From NCBI RefSeq assembly GCF_013167455.1, contig NZ_CP038328.1: DNA of 64,000 nt; one strand, given 5' to 3'. Of the stretch, positions 12,596 to 23,851 are shown one piece after another. The position numbers and the translations under genes were made by a program. Position 1 is the first letter of the stretch. Every line of letters begins with the position of its first letter. This DNA comes from Escherichia coli O157:H7 (GTDB lineage: Bacteria > Pseudomonadota > Gammaproteobacteria > Enterobacterales > Enterobacteriaceae). The notes under the pieces were generated by a model, which saw nothing but the letters and a program-made list of their open reading frames with translations, searched no databases and was not told where the DNA came from.

Positions 12596-13297
12596 ACGTT
12601 AACAACGACCGACTCTTCACTGTGCAATATTGTGTCAGGTAGTCACTCTGCGTTCAATTCCAGGGGCCGCTTTGAGCGAGAAAGAGCGGACTTATCTGTA
12701 CAAGGGGACTATCCAGCAATGGAGATCATCCAAAAGAAAAAACCACCTGGCTCCCCTCGACAACCTTAATCCGGGCATTTAGCCTCAATCAACATTTTCA
12801 TATCTGTCAGGTTACTTCATTATGAAAACCGATCAATACCGTTGTTTTTGTTGCAACAGTAGAATACGCGTATTTATCCCTCCATTTCTATTAATAACGG
12901 CAATAAACTGTTCATTTCACTGATATTTAAAATATGCATCCTTTTCAAGCTGTTCAGCGGCGTAAGAAAACGTATTAAATATGAATTCGACGATTTAACC
13001 ATTTCTGTCTGATTGGTAATCATCTGTGATTAATGCTGGTCTATTGATTACTCCAGCATTAACCGCTTAGGGATGTATTCTTCCTGTTGATATACAGCCC
13101 TCGAAAAAGAGAGAAAATAAAACTGTGTCCAATATTACTCTACCACTCCAGACCGAAGCATCGGTAGAATTAGCAGAACGACTGGTACAATAGATTGGGA
13201 TAGCGTCATTTGTCAGGTATTCCATTGCCTGACAAATGACAATTTTGAGTCAATAGACGTGCTTCTTGATCATGTCTTAAAAATTATACCATGAGCC

Positions 13298-13576
13298 TTA
13301 TGAAGCATCATTTTTACTGACTGGTGTTAACTTTGCTATCATATAAACTCTGTTCTTAAAAAACGCGCCCAGAATTTTATATGATTTCCCTTGTTTTTCT
13401 GCCTGTAAAGAAATTTCTTTTTCAGTGCTGTTAATGGTTGAACCGACGGCAGTAATCGTTTTGGCGACGCTACTGAATGATAATAAAGACAGTGCAACCA
13501 CAACAATTAAAGAACAGATAGTATTCACGCTAATTTCCCTGACAATTGAGAGGATGAGTTTTATATATAAAGACAT
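13298..13576 (-). CDS. Small secreted DUF1471 (YhcN/BhsA-like) stress protein (start uncertain)
   Basis: Signal peptide then about 55-aa domain ending SYKILGAFFKNRVYMIAKL, typical of DUF1471; AT-rich. Confidence 0.45.
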   Translation of the reverse strand: MSLYIKLILSIVREISVNTICSLIVVVALSLLSFSSVAKTITAVGSTINSTEKEISLQAEKQGKSYKILGAFFKNRVYMIAKLTPVSKNDAS

Positions 13577-13742
13577 TAAACATGAGTCATGTTTACTTCC
13601 TGTGAAAAATAATCTTTCTGTAATTAAACCTTCATCTCCTTCGGGGTGAGCAATACATAATGTATCTTGCTATGAAAAACACAGGGATATATAAATATTC
13701 CTTCTGACCTATTTAATAAAACGTGAATGTAAAAGTTATTCT

Positions 13743-14480
13743 TCAGTTTGCAGATGCAGTGGGTCTGATGGTAATTTCGGTTGTATCAACGCTTTCGGGA
13801 GATTCAATAATATGCCTTACAGCACGGGCAATATCCGCGGGTTGAAGTGCAACAGAACGGTAGGCGTCCATTGCCTTCATGGTTTCCACATGGGTAATGG
13901 TTGAAGCCAGTTCACTTTCGACAACGCCAGGATTTACGCAGGTCACACGGATTTTCGAGCTTTCCTGCCGTAAGCCATCAGAAATAGCCCGTACTGCAAA
14001 TTTTGATGCACAATAGACTGCGCCTGTGGGCACAACAGAAAGGGCACCAATAGAACCAAGATTGATTATCTGACCGGAACCCTGTGCTTCCATCACCGGA
14101 AGTACAGCGCCAATTCCCCACAGTACACCTTTGATATTCACGTCAATAGTGAGCGCCCATTCATCTTGTTTTCCTGCTGCAAGCGGTGAAAGCGGCATAA
14201 CGCCCGCATTATTGATAAGAACATCAACTCGCCCCCAGCTATCCAGCGCTGCTTGCACGAAATCGGCCATGGACTGTCGGTCTGTGACATCCAACTCCCG
14301 CGCTTTAGCAATTCCTCCTGCGCGGCAGATTTCGGTTGCAATGGCTTCGATACGCTCAACTCTGCGTGCTCCCAGTAAAACCTTTGCACCTGTCATTCCA
14401 AGCTCTCTGGCAATACCTTCCCCAATACCACTTGATGCGCCGGTAATTAATATGACCTTATCCATTACGTTCTCCTTCAA
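13743..14480 (-). CDS. Short-chain dehydrogenase/reductase (SDR) oxidoreductase
   Basis: TGASSGIG Rossmann motif, NNAG motif, catalytic YxxxK (YCASK); 245 aa. Confidence 0.85.
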   Translation of the reverse strand: MKENVMDKVILITGASSGIGEGIARELGMTGAKVLLGARRVERIEAIATEICRAGGIAKARELDVTDRQSMADFVQAALDSWGRVDVLINNAGVMPLSPLAAGKQDEWALTIDVNIKGVLWGIGAVLPVMEAQGSGQIINLGSIGALSVVPTGAVYCASKFAVRAISDGLRQESSKIRVTCVNPGVVESELASTITHVETMKAMDAYRSVALQPADIARAVRHIIESPESVDTTEITIRPTASAN

Positions 14481-14563
14481 ATGTGTTCGGAGAGAGAATA
14501 GAACTTTATGATTGGTTCCAGTATCCTGCTTTCAATGTACTCAGTGGTTAGCGGCATTAAACA

Positions 14564-15463
14564 ATGAAAATCGATCTTAATCTTTTACCCATTTTTATCG
14601 CGGTAGCAGAAGAGAGTAATTTTAGTAAAGCCGCCGCACGGCTGGGCGTTACCCGTTCAGCGGTCAGTCAGGGAATAAGACGCCTTGAAGATGCATTCGG
14701 GACAATGCTTGTAATGCGGACCACGCGCTCAGTTAATTTGACAGAAGCGGGAGAACGGCTGCATAAATCGCTGTCATTACCTTTATCCGGTATTGAGGCA
14801 GCGTTCGAAGAGATGGTTTCTGACCATGTGCCACGCGGACTTCTCAGAATCGCGGTGACGTCAATAGCTGAAGAATTTCTTTCAGGTCCGCTAATCGCTT
14901 CGTTTGCAGCAGCCAATCCAGCCGTTACGCTTGATATTGTTGTCACGGATGAGGAATTCGATATCGTGGCCGCAGGTTACGATGCTGGCGTAAGGCTCGG
15001 AGAGGTCATTGAAAAAGACATGATTGCTGTGCCCCTTACCGGCAGGCAGCGTGAAATGGTCGTTGCCTCTCCCTCCTATCTCGCAGCCAACAGCACACCT
15101 GTTCATCCGCGTGAACTTGTGAATCATAAGTGTATCGGCTGGCGTCAGTCCCCGGAGGTTGCGCCTTATCGCTGGCCATTTGAAGAAAACGGGAGAGCTT
15201 TCGACCTTGCGATTGAACCGCAGATTACGACTAATGATCTGCGTCTGATGTTGAGGCTGGCTCTTGCCGGCGGAGGAATAACAATTGCCACTCAGGAAAC
15301 TTTCAGGCCGTATATTGAAAGCGGTAAGCTTGTATCTCTGCTTGATGACTTTCTTCCACAATTTCCGGGCTTCTATCTGTATTTCCCACAGCGTCGCAAT
15401 ATTGCACCAAAGCTCCGCGCTCTGATTGACCACGTTAAGGAATGGCGGCAGCAATTGGCTTAA
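14564..15463 (+). CDS. LysR-family transcriptional regulator (divergent from SDR gene)
   Basis: HTH (FSKAAARLGVTRSAVSQGIRRLEDAFGTMLVMRTTRSVNLTEAG); 299 aa; classic divergent LysR-target arrangement. Confidence 0.8.
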   Translation: MKIDLNLLPIFIAVAEESNFSKAAARLGVTRSAVSQGIRRLEDAFGTMLVMRTTRSVNLTEAGERLHKSLSLPLSGIEAAFEEMVSDHVPRGLLRIAVTSIAEEFLSGPLIASFAAANPAVTLDIVVTDEEFDIVAAGYDAGVRLGEVIEKDMIAVPLTGRQREMVVASPSYLAANSTPVHPRELVNHKCIGWRQSPEVAPYRWPFEENGRAFDLAIEPQITTNDLRLMLRLALAGGGITIATQETFRPYIESGKLVSLLDDFLPQFPGFYLYFPQRRNIAPKLRALIDHVKEWRQQLA

Positions 15464-15589
15464 ATGTCTGCACCTGCATTGCCTGATGTCAGAACAGTAT
15501 TTTGATTAATTGCCAGGGTTACAATGGCACAAATGCGGCACAGGAGGAAACGTGGTGTATTTAAATATGGGGTAACTACTTGATTTAAA

Positions 15590-15608
15590 TGGTGCGATAA
15601 TAGGAACC
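15590..15608 (-). repeat. Degenerate direct repeat of the tRNA-Thr 3' end (distal att of the P4-like island)
   Basis: TGGTGCGATAATAGGAACC matches TGGTGCCGATAATAGGAGTC at 28475 with one deletion and two mismatches. Confidence 0.45.
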
Positions 15609-16138
15609 AATAATCGCCACCAACACAATGATTTTAATACATAAATTAAAATAGAAGATTTAAACTACACACACCCCTATACACATTGGTGAAGGCGTTC
15701 GCTTTCCGCGCATTCTCAAGGCAGAAAAAACTTTTTTTGGGGGAAAACTGTTCATACTACTCATTGTGTTTTTTTTCATTAATATTCAAAAAGATATGAA
15801 ATTAACGATTGATAAGAAGTGAACACTTTACTGTTCACCTTGACTGATTAATAAGTGCATAAAAACCTAATTTTTGAGCACGGAAGGTATTTGTTCCTTA
15901 CCCCATTTTTTCTCTTTAGTCCAGTACAACAAAAAATGCGCCCAACAGAAAACTGTTTTGAATTTAAATGCAATCGCTTTGTAGTGATTGTAACGTAAGT
16001 TGATTTGATGGGTGCGATTTTGTTTAGCGATAATGGTATGTTGTAAAAATCATTTCGTTGCAATAAAATTGCATCGCTACATTTTATAGACAATATCAAT
16101 TAAATTTTAATACTCATTATTAATTTTGAGGCTAACAA

Positions 16139-17095
16139 GTGACTAGTTATTCAAACTTTTCCAATCAAATAAAAGAAACCATCAATAATAAATTCGATCA
16201 TGAAATTCATGATTGGGACATTATAAAAAACTCAATCACAACTTTAATAAATAAAAATATCCATGGTGCAGGTAGAAATATCGTTGATTTTATAGATTTA
16301 GGTAACTGGGATTTTATTTCAAACTTTTCCTTTGATGACTCTACAAGAAGACTTGAATTAGAGTGGCACCCCAATGATAAATTCCATATATATATTGAGT
16401 CCGTTGTGTTTGTCGAGTTTAATGACACTATATATGCTTTCTTAAAGGGATACTATCACAATCAGTTATCTCTAAATAGAATATATAATACAAAATGCTC
16501 TTCATGTTCATTTGAAAACTCAGGTTCTTATATGGTAGACGTTTATAGAACGGTTAAAAGAGTAAATGAGACAATCCAGACCCCAAATATAAATTGCTAT
16601 ACTACATGTATTTTAACAAGGCCCGCAAATGGTCATGTTACATCTACAGGCTTCTCACGAAACCTCATGGATGCGATAAATATTTCATTAGCAGAGCACA
16701 AAATAGCCTCTTTACATAATGAAGTCATGAGTATTGAGGAATATGATCGTGATTCTTTACAAGAGAAAGGAAATACTGCCAGGAGATATTTAGAATATAT
16801 TCTCATGCTTGTTAATATTCGTATAATGCATTTAAACAACGTTCAATACCAAGAGCAAATGCTAGGTAGTTTAGTTTCTGTTATTGAGGCTCTGGACTAT
16901 GAACCATTAATGAAAAATGATGTTGAAATTACAAAGGACATCCTTAATGCTTGCAGCCACCACGGGGGGGTTAGAATTGAAAAGAAAGATGTAATTTTTT
17001 CTTTGGAAGTTATTGAAAACTTAATTAAAGCCATAAAGAAAACCGACATAAATAAATTACAACTCGATGGGATGTTTAAATCAATTCAAAAATAA
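16139..17095 (+). CDS. Hypothetical protein, very AT-rich orphan cargo gene inside the satellite island
   Basis: 318-aa ORF with GTG start, no recognisable motif, Asn/Ile/Lys-rich; lies between the distal att repeat and the primase 3' end. Confidence 0.45.
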   Translation: MTSYSNFSNQIKETINNKFDHEIHDWDIIKNSITTLINKNIHGAGRNIVDFIDLGNWDFISNFSFDDSTRRLELEWHPNDKFHIYIESVVFVEFNDTIYAFLKGYYHNQLSLNRIYNTKCSSCSFENSGSYMVDVYRTVKRVNETIQTPNINCYTTCILTRPANGHVTSTGFSRNLMDAINISLAEHKIASLHNEVMSIEEYDRDSLQEKGNTARRYLEYILMLVNIRIMHLNNVQYQEQMLGSLVSVIEALDYEPLMKNDVEITKDILNACSHHGGVRIEKKDVIFSLEVIENLIKAIKKTDINKLQLDGMFKSIQK

Positions 17096-17227
17096 ACATC
17101 ATCTAACAATGAATTAGATGCATTTTCCGCTGACGCCTTAGCATATAACTTTTAAATTTTATCGATATATATTTTGAGATAATTTCCTGTAGCGGATTTA
17201 AGACCGGCACAGCCGGTCTTAGGTCAG

Positions 17228-19618
17228 TTATTTCGCTGCAAACTCATCGCATTTTGGCAACCAGTCAGCATTGCTTTCCTCTCTTAGGGCCAGATTAGTC
17301 TGCATTCCTTGATTGGTCCGTCGTTTCTCATACTGCAGCCCATATTCCTTGAGCATTAACGGTAGCCCCTTGCCAAACATGGTCAGACTGAGCGTATTTT
17401 TATAGCCGTTAGCCTCCATGTAGACCAGATAGGCATGGTAGAGGTAAGTTCGAGGCTGACGTGGAACAATATTAGCGTTCCCCATAAACATGCCCGTGGT
17501 GTCAGGTAGGACCTCAAGGTAGCCGCAAAAATCAAAAGCTGAATCAGCATCACGTTTGATGGTGAGCGCTTCATCGGAGTTCTGCTGTGACTGAAGCAAT
17601 GTCCTGGCACTCATTGGGTCGCTGAAACGCTGCATAAGCTGGCGAACAATCACCGCTAGCTCACTGGCAATTTTCTCTTTGAGCTGGGTATCGCGTTCCT
17701 CCGGGGCTATCTGGTCGGGGAAATGCAGGATCACCCTTCGGCGTGAAACTCCACCACTACGATCAGTGAAGCGCATCGGATTATTGTTCACAGCCAGGAT
17801 GACCGCCGGGATGTGGGTTGAATAGGCGTTCTGATATTTGGGATCAACGGATACCGCATCGCCGCCAGTGATGGCTTTTAGTCCGGCCCCGTCACCGCTC
17901 CACTTTTCCTGGTCGGGAAGTCGAATCAGTGAAAAACCTATTAACGCAGCTCGTTCTCTTGGCGACTCAAGCATTTCAATGGTTGCCGAGGTCGCGTTAT
18001 CTTCACCCGCCAGCATGGTTGCTATTTCAGCAAGAATACTCTTTCCACTTCCGCCAGGGCCAGTGACCTCCAGAAACAGCTGCCAGTCATAACGGTTAGC
18101 CAGCACCATAAACAATGCAGCCAGAATAATGTCCCGTTTTTCAGGATTAAAACCTGCGGCACGATCCAGCCAGCGCCAGAATGCCGGGGCATGGGTTTCC
18201 AGTGACTCACCGTCAACGGGCTGCGTGTAATCCACCTCGCACAGCGTACGTAACCAGTGCTTCTTATCGTGCGGGCTGAACAATCCTGTCCGGGTATCGA
18301 GCACACCGTTGCGAAATCCGATAAGTTGCCGCGCCGGATTCTGCTGTTGCGGAACGATCAGTTTGAGGGTTTCCACGAGAGACGCAATTTTCGCGGATGA
18401 AAAAGGTGCGTCGAGGCGCTGAAACAGCGCAGCGACATCACGGGCAAAATCGGCGTAATAGATAACTTTCCAGGCCCCCGCCTCATAGCGTGAAAGGAGC
18501 TGCCCGTTCGGGTCTACTGCCAGTGAATTTTTATAGTGATCCACTACCCTCTGCGCTTTTTCGCTGACGCTCAGCGCGGTAAATTCAGCTTCGCTCATTG
18601 TGTCGAAGGGGCTGGCAACAGCTGGTTTTATTACTTCATGAATTGCATGCCGGGTGGCTTCTTCGCCGTTTTGCGTGAATGCATCGTTCCAGTCACCAAA
18701 CACAGGCGGGAGCGCCATTGTGCAATTGCAGGCCCCGGTAACAGCTGCGCCCCTTGTTTGCCCCGCACCGTTGAGATCGCGGTCAGCAGCAATAATTATC
18801 TGGTGCGTTGGGTACTCACTGCAGGCAATGCTCGCCAGGGAAAGGAAATTGACGGACGAAAAGGCCACCATGACAGCATCGCCAGTCAGATAGTTGATAG
18901 TAAGTGCGGTGGCATATCCTTCCGCTATCCAGAGCCGTTTGGCTGCTTTGGCAGTACCTTCAACCAGGTAAAAGGCATTCTTAACCTGACCGCCTTTAAG
19001 GAAGCATTTGCCCCCATTAGCGTTGATTAACTGCAGATTTACCAGCTCTCCATCTGCATACAATGGAACGACAAGATCTCCCGCGCGAAATGCCACACCA
19101 CCGACTTTATGCATAGCGGTTAATTCCCGGCAAGGCAGTGCAGGAAACCCTTTACTCGTCAGATAGGCATTGCCAGTGGTCTGGCGGGACTTATCAAACA
19201 AACGGGCAGCCAGCACTGCTGCAGCTTTTCTCCCGTCCTCTTTTTCAGGAGAACCAGATTCAAGCATTCCCTGAGATACTGGCAGCAGGTTTCCGATAAT
19301 GCCGTTTATTCTGTCTGCCGCTTCACTAATGCCTACATCCAGTACTTTACTTACAAGCGCCAGGCCATCACCTGCCCCGCACTGGTTACAGAACCACGTT
19401 CCCCGCCCTTCCTGGTCATCAAATCGAAAGCGGTCTTTCCCGGCACAGACCGGGCAGGGCTGGTGCCGATTTTTCAGTACATTTACGCCCAGCGCAGGTA
19501 AAATTCTTGACCAGTGACCCCGAGCTGCTTTCTCAGCCTGGCTAACTTTCATTCCTGACATTGTGCGGCCCTCCTTAGTGCAGCGCTGGTTTGTTGAGGT
19601 GACGGGAACAAAGTTCAT
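17228..19618 (-). CDS. P4 alpha-like primase/helicase (N-terminal start uncertain)
   Basis: Zinc-binding [14 protein letters not shown]...CNQCG motif, primase/Toprim region and P-loop ([11 protein letters not shown]) in a roughly 780-aa protein. Confidence 0.85.
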   Translation of the reverse strand: MNFVPVTSTNQRCTKEGRTMSGMKVSQAEKAARGHWSRILPALGVNVLKNRHQPCPVCAGKDRFRFDDQEGRGTWFCNQCGAGDGLALVSKVLDVGISEAADRINGIIGNLLPVSQGMLESGSPEKEDGRKAAAVLAARLFDKSRQTTGNAYLTSKGFPALPCRELTAMHKVGGVAFRAGDLVVPLYADGELVNLQLINANGGKCFLKGGQVKNAFYLVEGTAKAAKRLWIAEGYATALTINYLTGDAVMVAFSSVNFLSLASIACSEYPTHQIIIAADRDLNGAGQTRGAAVTGACNCTMALPPVFGDWNDAFTQNGEEATRHAIHEVIKPAVASPFDTMSEAEFTALSVSEKAQRVVDHYKNSLAVDPNGQLLSRYEAGAWKVIYYADFARDVAALFQRLDAPFSSAKIASLVETLKLIVPQQQNPARQLIGFRNGVLDTRTGLFSPHDKKHWLRTLCEVDYTQPVDGESLETHAPAFWRWLDRAAGFNPEKRDIILAALFMVLANRYDWQLFLEVTGPGGSGKSILAEIATMLAGEDNATSATIEMLESPRERAALIGFSLIRLPDQEKWSGDGAGLKAITGGDAVSVDPKYQNAYSTHIPAVILAVNNNPMRFTDRSGGVSRRRVILHFPDQIAPEERDTQLKEKIASELAVIVRQLMQRFSDPMSARTLLQSQQNSDEALTIKRDADSAFDFCGYLEVLPDTTGMFMGNANIVPRQPRTYLYHAYLVYMEANGYKNTLSLTMFGKGLPLMLKEYGLQYEKRRTNQGMQTNLALREESNADWLPKCDEFAAK

Positions 19619-19898
19619 CCATGACCGTCATTCCGAGCAGTGAGAGAACCGGACAGGCTTTAAGCGGCCCCGACTCCATCAGATCCGAAAGCAACGCGCA
19701 GGCAATTTCCAGCCCTCTTTGCTGCCCATGCTGGCGCAGATAGAACCCTTCCAGCTCGCGGGCTATGGCATCTTCAAGTTCAGCGAGCGTCAGGCCGGAA
19801 TAACGTTCCTGATGATTGCTTAGAGCCAGCCAGGCACAGGCAACGGCACGGCGATACAGAGCGGCACGAAGTGCCAGAAGAGATTCACAGCATATCAT
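19575..19898 (-). CDS. Hypothetical satellite-phage protein upstream of primase
   Basis: 107-aa ORF with start overlapping the stop of the upstream ORF; left-operon position. Confidence 0.35.
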   Translation of the reverse strand: MICCESLLALRAALYRRAVACAWLALSNHQERYSGLTLAELEDAIARELEGFYLRQHGQQRGLEIACALLSDLMESGPLKACPVLSLLGMTVMDELCSRHLNKPALH

Positions 19899-20119
19899 CA
19901 GGCCACCTCCGCATTCATCAGGTCGTCATGGCAGCGTTGCACCACTCCATCCAGTTGCTCTGTCATCAGATAAATGAGGGAAACCAGTTGTTCGCATTGG
20001 GCACCTGCTGGCTTTTCATAACAGTCCTGCAGGGCTGCCATGCCAGTTACATACTCACCCACATTGCGTAAATGTTTCAGCCTTACAACATCGTCGTAGG
20101 AAATCTCAAACTGGTTCAT
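19898..20119 (-). CDS. Hypothetical small satellite-phage protein (epsilon-like position)
   Basis: 73-aa ORF translationally coupled to downstream ORF. Confidence 0.35.
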   Translation of the reverse strand: MNQFEISYDDVVRLKHLRNVGEYVTGMAALQDCYEKPAGAQCEQLVSLIYLMTEQLDGVVQRCHDDLMNAEVA

Positions 20120-20669
20120 AGCGTCACCTCCCCGGCAGGCAGCCGTGCAGAAAGGGAGAGTACATAATCTCGGACTAGCAAACGGCGCGCGGAACGCTCA
20201 TCGCAGGAGACAGTGCGAAGCATACAGATGCGGGGGTGAGTGTCAGCACGGCGGATTGCGGCAAACACAAAGACATATTGCGGGTGTGACGGGGTGAGGA
20301 TTGTAGCCATGATGGCAGCCTCCAATAAGTAGCGGTTATTGCTACCACCGGAAACGCCAATTTCACTGGTGGCAGCCCGAACGGGGTTGGCGTAACCGGC
20401 CTTATTGGAAACCGGCCAGCCCGAAGGCTGCCCCGCCCGGACTACCATTATCTCGATAGAACCATGGTGTAAGCATAAACACCACAGCCCTGAAAATGGT
20501 TGTGCCTGAGCTACGACGTAAAAAAAGACGCAAGGGGCGTCAATTGTCGCCAATAAGTTATACGGAACGCCAATTCCGGCTGCCGATTTTGCGACAGCGG
20601 AAAAACTATACCTGGAAATGACGACAGTAAGCAAGCCAGAATAAAGGTATTTAATGTATGCAGGTATCA

Positions 20670-20930
20670 TCATGCATCACATCCCCGCCCACGGGCGCTG
20701 ATGCGGTCCGCCATCCATGCGCTGACCTCAGACTGTGCCCAGGCGACATTTTTACCGCCAAGCGGGATCTGCTTCGGAAACGCATCGCGGCTGATCAGGT
20801 CGTAAACGGTCGAACGGGACAACCCGCATAAGTGCATCACCTCAGGCAGGCGTAAAAATCGCTCATGATGGTTCGATACAGGAAATAATGGCGCAGCAGG
20901 AGCTGGCGCAGACACAGAAATATTACGCAT
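20670..20930 (-). CDS. alpA: AlpA-family phage transcriptional regulator / excisionase-like
   Basis: [40 protein letters not shown] matches AlpA/MerR-like HTH. Confidence 0.7.
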   Translation of the reverse strand: MRNISVSAPAPAAPLFPVSNHHERFLRLPEVMHLCGLSRSTVYDLISRDAFPKQIPLGGKNVAWAQSEVSAWMADRISARGRGCDA

Positions 20931-21863
20931 TTATCTACCCTCTTTAATTTCCACAACAGTCCGGATGAATTTATCCGGGTTCAGGTAGTTCCTTATTATG
21001 TGTATATAAACCACCTGCGCACGCATTTTTTATTTAGCGTCACATATTGATTTTATGGAATTTAAAGCCCGATTAAACCATATAAAATGACATAATAAAT
21101 ACCATGCCTGCGGACTATAAATACAGGAGCATTAATAGGAACTACCATTCACCCAGGGTTTACTATCCTATGGGTCATTGCACCTGATAGTGCTAACCCC
21201 ACCGCCAATACAGCAAGGCAGTACAACTTCTACACGAGGCCTTGCATTGCAGGCCCCAATTTCCGGGCATATTTTTGAATCGCATCCAACTTATAAACAT
21301 TGGGCCTGCATAAAAACCTTGATATTAAATAACATCACCTTAAATCGTAAAATATATCCGAATGAATCCATAAAGAACCGGACAGATCTAGTTTTATAAA
21401 AATCAGTATGAAATGCAACACCATGGCCAGAGGCGAAAATGTTATTCCCCGGCAAAAACATGCAGTCTATTTATGTGCCTGTTGAATACTCCTGAATAAG
21501 GGTGAATAGTGGTGAGGAGCAAAAAACAAATAGCTACGAGGAATAAAAAAACCACCCATTATGAAAAAATACCATAAATAATTTTATTCCCATGTGAACA
21601 GTTATGAACAGTCGATGAATACTGCCATGCCAACCCTTCACCTTATAACCTTCTGTATTACCTATTTTTTTTACCTAAGTGAATAGTAGTGAATAGTTAA
21701 GGTAAGTCTGAAACAGCCTTAGTTAAACGAGGCCTTTTCTGGCTAGCCAAAAGAGGTCCGGGGCGGTTCAGTCTTTGTCTTGTCGCTCGCACAATGGCGT
21801 TCAATGGCAGCTTTGTATGCATCACAGCACAATTGACACCACGACAAACCACTAGGTGCTGAC

Positions 21864-22616
21864 ATGACAATCCCAGAACAGAACAATAACCCGATCGTTG
21901 AAATTTCTATCCCTGTTTCGACGCAACAGGCGCTTGAGAAAGTGAATGCCACCAAATCTGCATGGCTTGAAGCACGTCGTCAGCAAAAAGCGGCAGCGGA
22001 TAATATTGCGACAATCCGCCAGCGCCGCGCTGAAATGGAAGCCACGACGAACGCCCTGAATGAGGAGTGGCGCACGCTATTTCGTGAAAGTCAGGGCGTA
22101 GTCTCAAAGGAAATGAAAAAACTGCGCACGGAAATTGCGCTGGGACGAGAAACGCTTGAGGATTTTGATGAGCTGCTGGCGGCTCAGGAAAGCGAAAATG
22201 CACTTTTGCCGCAGGAGGCTGCGGAATTAGCCGGAAAGTATATCCACGCGCACGACACCCTTGTGGGTATTCGCGCAAAACAAATCTGGGAAGATTTTAT
22301 GCAGTCGCATGGAAAAGCACTAATCCAGACACTAAGCCTGCTCAAATCAACAATGGGCAGGGAAGCCAGCGCAGTTGTCGGTGTGGTGCATTCAGTTAAT
22401 GACCCGGACACACTGCTGAAAGATTTTATTCATAAACATATCACCAGACCGGCTCTGACTAACGATGCGATGCCCGAACAGGACCCCGTGTTTAAACTGG
22501 CGGGAGTTGCCCCGGATTATGCGGCCCGTCTGGATTTCAGTAATAAACTCTCTCCAGCAGCTATGCATAAAATGAAGGTTCGTCAGGAACGTGCTGAGAA
22601 GGAGAAAGCAGTATGA
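21864..22616 (+). CDS. P4 Sid-like (capsid size determination) or Psu-family helical protein
   Basis: 250-aa strongly alpha-helical protein, first gene of the rightward satellite operon; size matches Sid. Confidence 0.4.
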   Translation: MTIPEQNNNPIVEISIPVSTQQALEKVNATKSAWLEARRQQKAAADNIATIRQRRAEMEATTNALNEEWRTLFRESQGVVSKEMKKLRTEIALGRETLEDFDELLAAQESENALLPQEAAELAGKYIHAHDTLVGIRAKQIWEDFMQSHGKALIQTLSLLKSTMGREASAVVGVVHSVNDPDTLLKDFIHKHITRPALTNDAMPEQDPVFKLAGVAPDYAARLDFSNKLSPAAMHKMKVRQERAEKEKAV

Positions 22617-23164
22617 TGGCCCGAGTCACTCCAGACCAAGCGCTTATCAGTTTTAGAAATGCCCGTATTCTGTGGGCTGGACATAGTGAGAGCCGAAAAG
22701 CCGTTGAACAACAGATAGAATCACTCCTCACTGCCATGGAAAAACCAGCAGATTATGCTCGACAGCTCGAATTACAGCGGGAACATCTGGATGTGCTGAA
22801 ATGGCAAATTAACTGTGCTGCGCGCGAATGCATTTACTCGCAGCATCAACTGATGGAGGCCTGCACAGAAGACGCTCTCAGCAATTTTATGCAGGCGAAT
22901 GGAGCAGCCCTGACATCTGCACTGGCTCCGTTCCTGAAGGGGCGCGGAGGGGTTGACGTTGCGTCCCGTATATTACGCAATGCTCTGGTTCGCCAGCTGG
23001 CAATAACACCGCCTGAAATTGCCGGGGATTATCGTATGATTCTGGATGAATCCGGTGTGATGCCTGACCCCATGATGGTTCGTGATTGCCAGAGCTCTTA
23101 CACCCCTGCACAACAACTGCGCTTTCAGCAACGTCTGGATTACATTAACGGCATGCAGGAGTAA
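22613..23164 (+). CDS. P4 Psu-like (polarity suppression) protein
   Basis: 183-aa helical protein translationally coupled to preceding gene; size and position match Psu. Confidence 0.4.
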   Translation: MMARVTPDQALISFRNARILWAGHSESRKAVEQQIESLLTAMEKPADYARQLELQREHLDVLKWQINCAARECIYSQHQLMEACTEDALSNFMQANGAALTSALAPFLKGRGGVDVASRILRNALVRQLAITPPEIAGDYRMILDESGVMPDPMMVRDCQSSYTPAQQLRFQQRLDYINGMQE

Positions 23165-23169
23165 TATTA

Positions 23170-23442
23170 ATGGCACTTAAATGTCCCGAATGCGGTACGA
23201 CGGCACACGCCAGAACCTCCGCCTATGAAGCACCATCGGTTAAACGCTCATGGTATCAGTGCCAGAATCTTGAATGTTCCTACACATTTACCGCACTGGA
23301 AAGTGTGGATACGATAATCATGAAGCCCCGGCGCAATGAACAGGAATCAGAGAAAGCACAAATGCCGGAAAAACAACAGCAAACTCTCAATCGCTATGGC
23401 TCCGCGTCAAAGCTGTCAAGCCGTCAGCAAATTCCTGTCTGA
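23170..23442 (+). CDS. Ogr/Delta-family zinc-finger late transcription activator
   Basis: CPECG...AHARTS...YQCQNLECSYTF matches the Ogr/Delta C4 zinc finger. Confidence 0.8.
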   Translation: MALKCPECGTTAHARTSAYEAPSVKRSWYQCQNLECSYTFTALESVDTIIMKPRRNEQESEKAQMPEKQQQTLNRYGSASKLSSRQQIPV

Positions 23443-23462
23443 TTAGCAAAAAAAGCCCACGT

Positions 23463-23489
23463 AATCCCGGTCCAGTACTGGGATTTTTT
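23463..23489 (+). terminator. Rho-independent terminator after the ogr/delta gene
   Basis: AATCCCGGTCCAGTACTGGGATTTTTT: GC-containing palindrome followed by T6. Confidence 0.55.
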
Positions 23490-23851
23490 ACGCCTTTTCC
23501 CTGGCTGGCCTGAGAGCGCATGAGTGCATGTCTATAGCGCATGAAAACGCATGATTCTCATGCACCATTTTTGACGCGAAAGCCCTTGTGTGGTGGCTTC
23601 TGAGACGATTTGCGGAATGCATGAAAACCAGTCTGTTAAGCGAAGCGAGCAGGCGTGGGGGGCTGCGCGCGCTAAGGGGTTAGATTATAAAATATCAAAC
23701 GCCGGTGAGATCCATTATTGTGGAACCACCCGAAGGAAGTGTAGAGGCGAAAGTACCCAAAATAATTTTGCAAATTATTTAGAAATGAACTGAGCGCTCG
23801 AAACGAAATATAATTTCGAGCACCCCAATTAGCAGTTATATTTTTAATGTA

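Noticed and set aside
17199-17220. Inverted repeat AAGACCGGC-ACA-GCCGGTCTT between the orphan gene and primase as a terminator
   Set aside because: Perfect hairpin but no U-tract on either strand; could be a protein-binding palindrome, so not called
20116-20673. 185-aa ORF in the P4-like left-operon leader
   Set aside because: Low-complexity translation over GC-rich inverted repeats; more likely non-coding regulatory RNA region than a protein
23690-23760. P4/P2-type cos site near GAGGCGAAAGTAC
   Set aside because: Only partial resemblance to the recalled cos sequence GGCGAGGCGGGGAAAGCAC; cannot be supported without alignment
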